Shown: in pieces, positions 1 through 7,836 of the stretch
Numbering within the stretch: the first letter of the stretch is position 1
Layout: each line of letters begins with the position of its first letter
Assembly: GCF_000757865.1 (NCBI RefSeq)
Contig: NZ_CP007754.1
Span: 930,001 to 962,000 of the forward strand
Length of the DNA stretch: 32,000 nt
Direction of reading: 5' to 3'
Origin: Prochlorococcus sp. MIT 0801
Lineage (GTDB): Bacteria > Cyanobacteriota > Cyanobacteriia > PCC-6307 > Cyanobiaceae
The notes under the pieces: generated by a model
What the model was told of the DNA's origin: nothing
What the model saw: the letters and a program-made list of their open reading frames with translations, nothing else
The model's database searches: none
Translations under genes and position numbers: made by a program

Positions 1-599
1 GGATCGATGCAATGAGATGGTATCTTCTAAGAGATATTGAATTTGGAGAAGATGGTGATTTTCAAATGAGAAGATTTGTTGATATCGTTAATAGTGATTT
101 ATGTAATACTATTGGTAATTTATTAAATAGAACAATAACAATGTCGAAAAAATGGTTTAGAGAAAATATCCCAATAGATAATACTTTATCATCTAATTCT
201 ACACTTAAAGTTCAATCAGAGAAAAAGATAATCGAATATATGGAGTCATTTAAGGATAGTAATTTTAAAAGCTCAGCTAATGCAATAATTGATTTAGCCA
301 ATAGTGCAAATCTTTATTTAAATGATCGAGCACCATGGAAACTAATTAAGGATATTTCTAATAAAAATGTTGTAGCTCTTGATATTTATTCTGTTCTCGA
401 ATCATGCCGGATTATTGGAATATTACTTAATCCGATTGTACCAAATTTAAGTAATAGAATATTAAAACAACTTAATATTGATACTTCAAATATAAATTTT
501 AAAGATTCACTTCAATGGGGTTTATTAGATCCTAATAATGGATTACAGGATCCAACTCCTGTAATGGATAAGATTGAATTTAATGAGGAGGCTATATAG
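1..599 (+). CDS. metG: Methionyl-tRNA synthetase, C-terminal (anticodon-binding) part; 5' end lies outside the window
   Basis: The reading frame is open to the window edge (..IDAMRWYLLRD..). DAMRWYL and the helical SDLCNTIGNLLNRT segment are typical of the class I MetRS anticodon-binding domain. Stop TAG is at 597-599. Confidence 0.85.
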   Translation, partial: IDAMRWYLLRDIEFGEDGDFQMRRFVDIVNSDLCNTIGNLLNRTITMSKKWFRENIPIDNTLSSNSTLKVQSEKKIIEYMESFKDSNFKSSANAIIDLANSANLYLNDRAPWKLIKDISNKNVVALDIYSVLESCRIIGILLNPIVPNLSNRILKQLNIDTSNINFKDSLQWGLLDPNNGLQDPTPVMDKIEFNEEAI

Positions 600-1258
600 T
601 GAAATCTTTCAATATCTATTTACTATTTATACTCACTATATTTCCACTATTAGGATGTCAGAAATCTAATAAATCAACTGCACAGGTTGATAACAAAAGC
701 TATATTAATGATTTTGAACTACTTCAAGAAAATCCAAACAAAGAAACTAGTGTAAAAATTACTAGTCCAAAAGCCATAATTGATCCAACCATTAACGATA
801 TAGAAATATACGAAAGTTCAATTGAAATAATGAATGAAAATGGAATAGACTTTCAAGTTGAATCTGGCAATGCAACCCTAAATAATTTATCAAATAATAT
901 TAGAGTTTTTAATAATGTAAACATATCGTTCCTTAAAGATTCAGATTACAATATTAGCACTAATTCATTTAATTGGGATTTAAATACTTCAGTTATAGAT
1001 ATAAACAATCCACTTGATATAAATTTTGAAAATACCAAGATAAATGCATCTAAAGGATTTTATAATATCGACTCCAACCTACTTCAAATAGATAATACTA
1101 GATTTAATAGAAAAATAAATAATTCTGAAGGTGTAGAGGAATATCAAGTAGAAATAAAATCTGACTTTGCTAAATGGTTCAAGAATGATAATAAATTAGT
1201 ATTCACATCGAATGAGAAACAGGTTGAAACAACGATTAAATTTCTACTTACTAAGTAG
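599..1258 (+). CDS. Lipoprotein, possibly LptC/OstA-like (DUF1239-type) beta-jellyroll protein
   Basis: The GTG start overlaps the metG stop by 1 nt, with GGAGG 8 nt upstream. The N-terminus MKSFNIYLLFILTIFPLLGC is a signal peptide with an L-L-G-C lipobox. The Asn-rich beta-strand-like body suggests the family, but that assignment is tentative. Confidence 0.7.
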   Translation: MKSFNIYLLFILTIFPLLGCQKSNKSTAQVDNKSYINDFELLQENPNKETSVKITSPKAIIDPTINDIEIYESSIEIMNENGIDFQVESGNATLNNLSNNIRVFNNVNISFLKDSDYNISTNSFNWDLNTSVIDINNPLDINFENTKINASKGFYNIDSNLLQIDNTRFNRKINNSEGVEEYQVEIKSDFAKWFKNDNKLVFTSNEKQVETTIKFLLTK

Positions 1259-1861
1259 AACGTATAACTTATCAGACCATCCTGAAATCCATTTCTCATC
1301 TGAATTTGTAAATGATCTCTTTGACCAGCCTCCAACTATAGTTAGGCCCCTATTAGAGAGAGGATAAACGATCACTGCAGGTAAATCAGTTAAAACGTCA
1401 TCAAATTCTTCTCTCCCTGGAAATAACTCTGTATTTACTAACGAAATAAGTCTTTTTTGATCAATAGCTCTATTACATATTTCTCCAGGTTTAAATTTAT
1501 TATTTGATATTAAGCCTCTTCTAAGTATAACTCTATTATCCCAATATATTAATATTGTACTTGCCGCTGTTGCAGTTAGTATTTGCTTGCTTCCCCATGC
1601 TAATTCATTTCTTTGATCTTCTGATAATTCATTGCAAAGTTCAAAACCTTCTTTTCCATTCAACTTTGCTTTTGAAGGTTGTTTAGGATTAATTTCGGTC
1701 CAGAGATAACCTATAGTTATTAATGCTATAGAAGAAATTCCAGATATAGTCTCTGCTCTTACTAGGCTTGGATTTACTTGATTAGTAGTAGCAATGTTTA
1801 TAATTGATAAAATTAATAGAAAAGCTCCAAATATAATAACTAAGCTTGAAATTTTATACAT
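1244..1861 (-). CDS. Membrane protein, possibly CCB2/CCB4-type cytochrome b6f cofactor-assembly family (DUF2930)
   Basis: 205-aa ORF with two N-terminal hydrophobic helices followed by a soluble domain (ELAWGSKQILTATAASTILIYWDN..). It overlaps the 3' end of the upstream lipoprotein gene convergently by 15 nt. The family name comes from memory of the architecture only. Confidence 0.6.
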   Translation of the reverse strand: MYKISSLVIIFGAFLLILSIINIATTNQVNPSLVRAETISGISSIALITIGYLWTEINPKQPSKAKLNGKEGFELCNELSEDQRNELAWGSKQILTATAASTILIYWDNRVILRRGLISNNKFKPGEICNRAIDQKRLISLVNTELFPGREEFDDVLTDLPAVIVYPLSNRGLTIVGGWSKRSFTNSDEKWISGWSDKLYVLLSK

Positions 1862-1993
1862 TTATAAGTTCTAAAAAATTAAAAACTAAATATATTGAAT
1901 ATCTATTATACATTTCGATGTCAACTTTAATTTTTGCCTATATCGATATAATATAAAAAAATACTATTAATAGATAATCCAATTGCTCAACAT

Positions 1994-2551
1994 ATGATTA
2001 CACCATTAGGAAAAAACTATAAAGGACTTATATCAATTACAGGACCGACAAGAAGTGGAAAAAGTCAATTGGCAGAATTTTTAATCAAGAAACAACAATC
2101 CGTCACTTATATAGCAACATCAAAACCAAGACCAAATGATCCAGATTGGCAAAAAAGGATTGATCTCCACAGGAAGAGAAGACCTGATCGATGGAAGTTA
2201 ATTGAGCATCCTAAGGACATCTGCAAAGCAATTGAATCGATCAGTGGAAATGAATCTATATTAATAGATTCAATAGGTGGCTTAGTAGAGCATCACCTAG
2301 GAGATGACGATGATCAATGGGAAATATTCCAAGATAAATTACTTAATTGTTTTACAGATGATAATTTGCTAATTGTTGTTGTTTCAGAGGAGGTTGGTTG
2401 GGGAATTGTTCCTGCCACACCAATAGGACATTTATTTCGTGAACGTCATAGCACGCTAACCTCATTGCTTAGTTGTCGTTCAAAAAAAAAGTTGCTTGCT
2501 ATCAATGGCATTGCAATTGATTTAGATCAAATTGGCGAGCTCATCCCATGA
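1994..2551 (+). CDS. cobU: Adenosylcobinamide kinase / adenosylcobinamide-phosphate guanylyltransferase
   Basis: P-loop ITGPTRSGKSQLAE at the N-terminus, about 185 aa, and the IDSIGGLV / VVSEEVGWGIVP motifs typical of CobU/CobP. Confidence 0.85.
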   Translation: MITPLGKNYKGLISITGPTRSGKSQLAEFLIKKQQSVTYIATSKPRPNDPDWQKRIDLHRKRRPDRWKLIEHPKDICKAIESISGNESILIDSIGGLVEHHLGDDDDQWEIFQDKLLNCFTDDNLLIVVVSEEVGWGIVPATPIGHLFRERHSTLTSLLSCRSKKKLLAINGIAIDLDQIGELIP

Positions 2552-3048
2552 ATTCATCAAATCGTCCAAGACCTCGTGTCGCATTATTTGAACCAAGAAT
2601 TCCACAGAATACTGGAACAATTGGTAGGTCATGTTTAGCCTTTAATATGTCATTAGATATTATTAAGCCAACTGGATTTAGCTTCGAAGATAAATATTTA
2701 AAAAGAGCAGGTTTAGATTATTGGCCACACGTTGATGTACATTTATATGAATCGTTTGAACAATATAAAAATTCATTTAAAAACTCAAGAATTATAGCTC
2801 TTACAAAAAAAAGTAATAATTTAATTTCAAATATTATTTATAAAGATACAGATATACTTTTATTTGGACGAGAGGATACAGGTTTGCCCGAAAGTGTAAT
2901 TAATAAGTGTGAAATTGTCGCAGGAATACCTATGCCAGGAGGTGAGAATCAATTAAAGACAGGAGGAGTTAGAAGTTTGAATTTATCCGTTGCCAGTGGG
3001 ATCGTTTGTTATTCTGCATGTTTACAATTAAACTTATTAAGCAAGTAG
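2548..3048 (+). CDS. trmL: SpoU/TrmH-family tRNA (cytidine/uridine-2'-O)-methyltransferase, TrmL-like
   Basis: ALFEPRIPQNTGTIGRSCLAF, LLFGREDTGLP and SLNLSVASGIV match the SPOUT motifs of TrmL. The start overlaps the cobU stop (ATGA). Confidence 0.8.
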   Translation: MNSSNRPRPRVALFEPRIPQNTGTIGRSCLAFNMSLDIIKPTGFSFEDKYLKRAGLDYWPHVDVHLYESFEQYKNSFKNSRIIALTKKSNNLISNIIYKDTDILLFGREDTGLPESVINKCEIVAGIPMPGGENQLKTGGVRSLNLSVASGIVCYSACLQLNLLSK

Positions 3049-3055
3049 AAAGTCA

Positions 3056-3241
3056 TTATCCAAGATAATTACAATATAAAACGCCATCATTTATTACATT
3101 ATCATCATCAACCTCTAACCATTCTTTGTATTCATCATACAGAGCTTCCCTGTTTTCACCATTCAAATTATTCAGTCGTTTAAGTGATGCGTTTAGCATT
3201 ACTTCTACTGCGTTTAAAGCTCCAGATTGCCTAGCAGACAT
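3056..3241 (-). CDS. Small hypothetical protein (61 aa), paralogue of 3487..3666
   Basis: ORF-track entry. It shares a conserved core with the divergently encoded 59-aa ORF (NASLKRLNNLNGENREALYDEYKEWL vs NSALKRISKLEGKDKKALESEFKEWI) and a C-terminal VLY motif. Confidence 0.6.
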   Translation of the reverse strand: MSARQSGALNAVEVMLNASLKRLNNLNGENREALYDEYKEWLEVDDDNVINDGVLYCNYLG

Positions 3242-3486
3242 AGAATAAATGAAGATTTATATAAAAACTTAGATCATGTAATACTATTTTTCAGTTTCAT
3301 TTATTACAGAATTCAGAATTTGACTAGTTTACGTAAAAAAAATTCAAAATAATTGAATAAATTTTGATTAATGTATGTGTATACATATAATGAGATTGAT
3401 TTCATAGTTGTTTTTAACTTATACGGGATTTACTAATTAACAGATGATAGTAGAGATAATAAGATAAAAATAACTGATTAGTTCAG

Positions 3487-3666
3487 ATGTCAAACACAAA
3501 CATTCTAGGAAGTTGTGAAGTCACAATTAACTCTGCACTTAAGAGAATTTCTAAACTAGAAGGCAAAGACAAAAAAGCTCTAGAAAGTGAGTTTAAAGAA
3601 TGGATAAATGCAATTGAAAGTATTGAAAAGAACTATGATGTTCTTTATATAAATAAGATCATTTGA
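3487..3666 (+). CDS. Small hypothetical protein (59 aa), paralogue of 3056..3241; below the ORF-track cutoff
   Basis: Hand translation gives ATG 3487 to TGA 3664-3666 = MSNTNILGSCEVTINSALKRISKLEGKDKKALESEFKEWINAIESIEKNYDVLYINKII. About half the residues across the 32-aa core are identical to the 61-aa neighbour. Confidence 0.6.
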   Translation: MSNTNILGSCEVTINSALKRISKLEGKDKKALESEFKEWINAIESIEKNYDVLYINKII

Positions 3667-3670
3667 TCAT

Positions 3671-3877
3671 TTATGCGCGAGGATGTAAATCTGGATATCT
3701 ACTACTTTCATCTTTTATTCTATTTGGATTTTCACGGTCTGAACTTCTGGCAGCATTGAAAATAACTAAAAAAGGTATGAATATTGCGAAGAAATAAAAA
3801 TGCAAGAGGACTAAATCCCATGGAACTCCTGAACTTCCATAATCTGGAAAAAACAAAGCGGTAGCTAAAGGGAGCAT
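3671..3877 (-). CDS. Small hypothetical membrane protein (68 aa)
   Basis: ORF-track entry with a hydrophobic segment (LVLLHFYFFAIFIPFLVIF) followed by a charged tail. No recognisable family. Confidence 0.4.
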   Translation of the reverse strand: MLPLATALFFPDYGSSGVPWDLVLLHFYFFAIFIPFLVIFNAARSSDRENPNRIKDESSRYPDLHPRA

Positions 3878-4206
3878 TTTAATCCAATTACTAATATTAA
3901 CTTAGCTAGAACCACTCTCAAGCGTGAGTTACTTTTTAGACCAAGATTTAATTAAAAGCTGCAACTCTCTTATACGCTTCTCTGCTGCTTCAATCTTTTC
4001 TGACTTCATTTTCAACTCTCAAGAAAGTTAAATCATATCAAAATGAATAGTATTTCGCGGTGTTAGTAACCGTAAGAGAGTGATTCAATCCTTATAGTTA
4101 AAGTAAATATTTGCTGTATGTAATAAGCTCAAACAAAATACTAAAGCTTTGCATAAAAACAATTAACGAACTATATTAACATCGTAAATATTTAATTCGT
4201 TAAAGG

Positions 4207-4422
4207 ATGAAGTACATAACAGAGAGCATAAAGAATATAAAAAATCTTTTACCCTATTTACTGTTAATAGCTATATATTTCTTTTTTGTTAATCTTGAGG
4301 CAGGGAGGGATAAAGAAACTAACAGAACAAACGAGAATGAATCTTTGTTGATAGAAGAAAAATCAACCGAACAAAATAAACAACAAAGAATAAAAATCCC
4401 AGTAATTCCATACAAACAATAA
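4207..4422 (+). CDS. Small hypothetical membrane-anchored protein (71 aa)
   Basis: ORF-track entry. AAAGG lies directly upstream of the ATG. The N-terminal hydrophobic helix LLPYLLLIAIYFFFV is followed by a hydrophilic tail. Confidence 0.45.
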   Translation: MKYITESIKNIKNLLPYLLLIAIYFFFVNLEAGRDKETNRTNENESLLIEEKSTEQNKQQRIKIPVIPYKQ

Positions 4423-5081
4423 ATTAATACCTAATATTTAATTTTGAAGTCCTAGCATTAAATAAATTGGCTTGTCTTTGCGAAGCCCTATCAAGCTGTT
4501 TTTTAATTTCTAAGCAGTGCTCGCAGTTGCATGTCATTTTAGAAAATAAATAAAGAAGGTTTTAAGTGAGAGGGTAAATCAAATGATGAGCGAGAATGAT
4601 TTAGAAGTTAAAAACTAACTAATTTTATGATTAATTTAACAACAAATCAGAAAATTTCAAGATGATTTTTTTAATAAAAGTAATCTCTGATATTAGCTTT
4701 GTATATGATTTAGTTGAATCTAATCCTTAGAGAATGATTTAGTGATCATTGGAAACACGTTCGGCATCAATTGACTTCTCATAATAAAGGTCGAGAGTTG
4801 AGTCTAGTTCAGCTAATAAATATGTTATGCGTTCATCCTTTTGATTTAAATCTTCTTGATTGATTAGGTTCATATTTATATGAGTAAGTAAGGTACTCAG
4901 GAATGATTGGAATTAATTTGAAGTACATGTTTAGATAAAGCTTCAGATATAATCTGACTTTAAATAACCATTGATTTCGAATAGTTAGTTAATTATTGGG
5001 GATTGAGAACTGAAGTGTGTATAAAGCTTGTTCGGTTTACAACCATTCGGATTATTCAGTATTACCAAATTTTAATAATGA

Positions 5082-5345
5082 ATGTTTATATTTTTAAAAA
5101 CTCCATTACCAATATTTAAAAGTGATCTAAAATTAAAAATCTATCAGATGTCAATGAAAAGAAAATTATTTAACATCGATAAAAAACCTCCATATTCACT
5201 TATAGGTTTGGAAAAAAGAGCTGCACTTGCTATTCAGAACCATTTTCGATTGAGCAATTATCAAATGCTAGTACTAAGTTGGATTAAGGGTCTCTGGACA
5301 GGTATTTTGCTTTCTCTAGTGGCCCATTATTTTATAAGTCATTAA
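5082..5345 (+). CDS. Small hypothetical protein (up to 87 aa; the true start may be the internal MSMKRK..)
   Basis: ORF-track entry with a C-terminal hydrophobic helix (LVLSWIKGLWTGILLSLVAHYFI). No family recognised. Confidence 0.4.
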   Translation: MFIFLKTPLPIFKSDLKLKIYQMSMKRKLFNIDKKPPYSLIGLEKRAALAIQNHFRLSNYQMLVLSWIKGLWTGILLSLVAHYFISH

Positions 5346-5488
5346 ACTCATGGATTCTTGCCCTTTAATTAAAAAAATTAATATATTTGCTTATAAAAAG
5401 CTCAACATCTTGGCAGGTTATGAAGTGGATTTTCTAAAGGAATTAATTTGATGTCCTATTTTTAAAAAGAAGTTTATAAATCTAACTA

Positions 5489-5743
5489 TTATTCAGATGT
5501 TAACTGAACTTCCTTTACCAAAATATTATCGTCTGTATTATCTAAATCATGAATATCAAAATCATCTGTTGAAATTGTTTTAATTGATTCAGCTGATTGG
5601 ATTTCTAAAGTTGTAGGATATCTTTTACCTATTTTACTTTTGTTTGTATAAAACATACCTTGAATATAATCTTTATTTTCGGTAAATCTTATCAAAAATA
5701 ATTTAAAATTTGAATTAATGAACTTTATAAAATTCTTAAACAT
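5489..5743 (-). CDS. Small hypothetical protein (84 aa)
   Basis: ORF-track entry. The composition is protein-like with an acidic C-terminal half. No family recognised. Confidence 0.4.
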   Translation of the reverse strand: MFKNFIKFINSNFKLFLIRFTENKDYIQGMFYTNKSKIGKRYPTTLEIQSAESIKTISTDDFDIHDLDNTDDNILVKEVQLTSE

Positions 5744-6161
5744 AATAAAAACTAATGTGAACTTATTATGGCTAAGCTAATTATTTAAACTGAATGAAAT
5801 TAGTAGTGCATTCCGAACTTCTATGTCTTTTTATACTGTATTTATAAACTACGATAGAATTAAATAAGCTACAAATCGGTAAATGTTCACGCATATTACC
5901 GATCATTTTTAAATTAACATACTACTTTTATTTGATAGGTAGCAAAAAATACAAATGACTTTATAATAAATTAATTTTAACTTCTTATGGTTTGTAAAGA
6001 CATTAATCAAATATTAATATCCTAAAGTATCGCTTGATAATTGGTGTGGTATGAGTCATGAGCAATTTAAAAAACAACAAGTAAAATGATTTATAACTCA
6101 CGCTACTAGTCAATAATAGAGAGTAGATAATACCGAACAGAGAAAACACGCATTTATATGT

Positions 6162-6350
6162 ATGTGTTCTTATAGTTGTAAGAAAATGATAGAGACAGTT
6201 TTTAAAAATCAGGTCTTAATAACTTTTGTAATTGCAAGTATTTGGATAATCCCAGGTATACTTTTCACATTTGCAACGAATCGCAAATACAAAAATCGCC
6301 AAATTGAAAGGCAGATTAAAAAGGTGGCTAGATTATATCCTCAGCAATGA
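6162..6350 (+). CDS. Small hypothetical membrane protein (62 aa or shorter)
   Basis: ORF-track entry with one hydrophobic helix (VLITFVIASIWIIPGILFTFA) and a basic tail. An alternative start exists at MIETVF. Confidence 0.4.
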   Translation: MCSYSCKKMIETVFKNQVLITFVIASIWIIPGILFTFATNRKYKNRQIERQIKKVARLYPQQ

Positions 6351-6394
6351 TATGAATGTATCGTAATCCAGCAAATTCTTAATTACTTTATAAT

Positions 6395-6451
6395 TTATTT
6401 TTTATTTTTTTCGTTATTATTTACTGGACGAACAGGCTTAGGTAGAAGCAT
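6395..6451 (-). CDS. Micro-ORF B1 (18 aa): MLLPKPVRPVNNNEKIKK
   Basis: Hand translation on the minus strand gives ATG (plus-strand CAT at 6449-6451) to TAA (plus-strand TTA at 6395-6397). The first 10 residues are identical to micro-ORF B2 (7028..7087), while 7 of the 9 codons after the ATG differ, all synonymously (including CGT vs AGA for Arg). It lies 74 nt downstream of gene A1. Confidence 0.55.
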   Translation of the reverse strand: MLLPKPVRPVNNNEKNKK

Positions 6452-6525
6452 AATAGAATAAGAGCTAATCTTTTTTAACCATGATCGATATAGGAATCTG
6501 CATTTAATGATACGATTTTCTATTT

Positions 6526-6681
6526 TTAGCTTTTATTTGTCTTTTCTATAACTTTTTGGAGTTCAGCTCTTGAAAGAGTAGCTTCAATTTGAGCCAAAAC
6601 TTGCTGTAGTTCGGCAGTTTTATTCAATGACGTCTCAGCCATAGATCTAAGCTTTTGAAGTTCTTTAGAGGCAGTTTTCAT
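6526..6681 (-). CDS. Small helical protein A1 (51 aa): MKTASKELQKLRSMAETSLNKTAELQQVLAQIEATLSRAELQKVIEKTNKS
   Basis: Translated base by base on the minus strand. It is a paralogue of 7176..7334 (NKTAELQQVLAQIEATLSRAELQKV vs DKTPQMQQALARLEATLSRRETQKV), with synonymous differences inside the conserved EATLSR block. Confidence 0.55.
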   Translation of the reverse strand: MKTASKELQKLRSMAETSLNKTAELQQVLAQIEATLSRAELQKVIEKTNKS

Positions 6682-6928
6682 AGATAAAATGAAAAAATTG
6701 ATTTTTTCCTAGAGAAATTACAGATAATTAGCGAAAAAATTAATAGTGACAACACACGAACAAATTTGCCCTAGATTTTCATGATGTCAATAGTTATGAT
6801 TGTGATACATAAATAAATGAATGGTTTTATTAATTCTTTTGTTGATTTTTATTACTTATATTTCTATTAACTAGTTATCAAAATATAAGCAAGATAAAGC
6901 TTAAGACTTATGTTGATTTATAAGATAT

Positions 6929-6964
6929 AAAAAAAAAACAAAGGTATATTTTAATACCTTTGTT
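6929..6964 (-). terminator. Rho-independent terminator for the minus-strand A2-B2 cassette (weaker on the plus strand)
   Basis: A perfect 11-bp stem pairs AACAAAGGTAT (6937-6947) with ATACCTTTGTT (6954-6964), with the 6-nt loop ATTTTA between them. On the minus strand the stem is followed by the complement of the A10 run at 6929-6938, which gives a U-tract. The hairpin sits about 65 nt downstream of the B2 stop. Confidence 0.6.
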
Positions 6965-7027
6965 CTTTTAATAACAAAAAGAGGAAATTAATAAAGATAA
7001 TAATTAATTAAATTGACATCCTTAAAA

Positions 7028-7087
7028 CTAACTGTCTTTTCCTTTCTTTTCAGAATCAACAGGTCTAACTGGCTTTGGCAATAGCAT
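7028..7087 (-). CDS. Micro-ORF B2 (19 aa): MLLPKPVRPVDSEKKGKDS
   Basis: Translated base by base on the minus strand, ATG (CAT 7085-7087) to TAG (CTA 7028-7030). It has the same N-terminal decapeptide as B1 with only synonymous differences, and lies 88 nt downstream of A2. Confidence 0.55.
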   Translation of the reverse strand: MLLPKPVRPVDSEKKGKDS

Positions 7088-7175
7088 GATAAAAATCCAA
7101 TCTCTATATATATTTATAGATGGTTTTCAAGATACGTAAATAAGAATTTAAAGTTTGAAACTTCTTGACACAAGC

Positions 7176-7334
7176 CTATCGCCTTTTAAGAGACTTCTCC
7201 GTCACCTTTTGTGTCTCCCTTCTTGAAAGGGTTGCCTCAAGTCTTGCTAACGCTTGTTGCATTTGCGGAGTCTTATCCATTGATCTCTATGTTTTGGCGA
7301 AAAGTAGCTGAATTTCTCCTGAAGAATTGTTCAT
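7176..7334 (-). pseudogene. A2, a paralogue of A1 interrupted by an in-frame TAG at codon 16 (alternatively a truncated 34-aa product from the internal ATG at 7278-7280)
   Basis: The minus-strand translation is MNNSSGEIQLLFAKT*RSMDKTPQMQQALARLEATLSRRETQKVTEKSLKRR. The TAG (plus-strand CTA 7287-7289) aligns with GAG (Glu16) of A1, which is a single G-to-T change. Confidence 0.55.
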
Positions 7335-7455
7335 TTCATATGGAAAATAGCATTTGAGTCAGCATGTTTGATTTAAATATAGAAATCAAGACAGTCATTC
7401 GCTAAGGAAAAGCTAGGATTTGAATGTTCAGTAAATATTCCATTAATGATCATTA

Positions 7456-7677
7456 ATGGAGATAATATCTATGACAGAAGATTGGAAGCCAGTAGATTCT
7501 CAAGTCCTAGTAGACGCATGGGATGAAATTAAAGATTGTGCTGAAGGTATACAAAAAGATCTAGCTTGCCCAGATGAGACTATTTCAAAAATGCTGAGGT
7601 CAGTCGCTGAAACATTTGATAATACTGTCGAAGATCTTCTTGATAAGGCTGAAGAGGATTGGGAAGAAGAAAAATAG
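7456..7677 (+). CDS. Small acidic hypothetical protein (73 aa; possibly starting at MTEDWKP)
   Basis: ORF-track entry. It is highly acidic (..DKAEEDWEEEK) and richer in G+C than the surrounding spacers. Confidence 0.45.
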   Translation: MEIISMTEDWKPVDSQVLVDAWDEIKDCAEGIQKDLACPDETISKMLRSVAETFDNTVEDLLDKAEEDWEEEK

Positions 7678-7692
7678 ATGTATTATTGACAT

Positions 7693-7836
7693 ATGATTCC
7701 AGATTTCTTTCAATCCCCTGAACACCTAACTCATATGGATCTATGGAAAACGATAATTGGCTTGTTCATAGTTTTATTTGCAACTTTTGTAGGCGTCGAA
7801 ATTAGAATTGGTAATGAAGACGAAGAGACAAAATAA
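7693..7836 (+). CDS. Small hypothetical single-pass membrane protein (47 aa); below the ORF-track cutoff
   Basis: Hand translation: MIPDFFQSPEHLTHMDLWKTIIGLFIVLFATFVGVEIRIGNEDEETK, ATG 7693 to TAA 7834-7836. It lies 15 nt after the preceding ORF on the same strand and has one clear hydrophobic helix. Confidence 0.35.
   Translation: MIPDFFQSPEHLTHMDLWKTIIGLFIVLFATFVGVEIRIGNEDEETK

Noticed and set aside
1144-1335. 63-aa minus-strand ORF spanning the junction of the lipoprotein gene and the CCB-like gene
   Set aside because: It overlaps two better-supported genes, one of them on the same strand in another frame. There is no independent support.
1862-1993. Possible cobalamin riboswitch upstream of cobU
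   Set aside because: The spacer is only about 130 nt, extremely AT-rich, and has no B12-box-like G+C-rich core. It looks like a plain divergent promoter region (TATAAT at about 1946-1951).
4163-4203. An 8-bp inverted repeat TTAACGAA/TTCGTTAA ending 3 nt before the ATG of the 71-aa ORF. A similar one, ATCGGTAA/TTACCGAT, lies near 5874-5902.
   Set aside because: The arms are short and the loops long (25 and 13 nt) in AT-rich DNA, which is within chance expectation. There is no second line of evidence for a regulatory role.
6944-6957. GTA-N8-TAC (an NtcA-box-like motif) in GGTATATTTTAATACC
   Set aside because: The motif is simply the apex of the 11-bp terminator hairpin, and any such palindrome can produce it. 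No properly spaced -10 element or downstream plus-strand gene is present.
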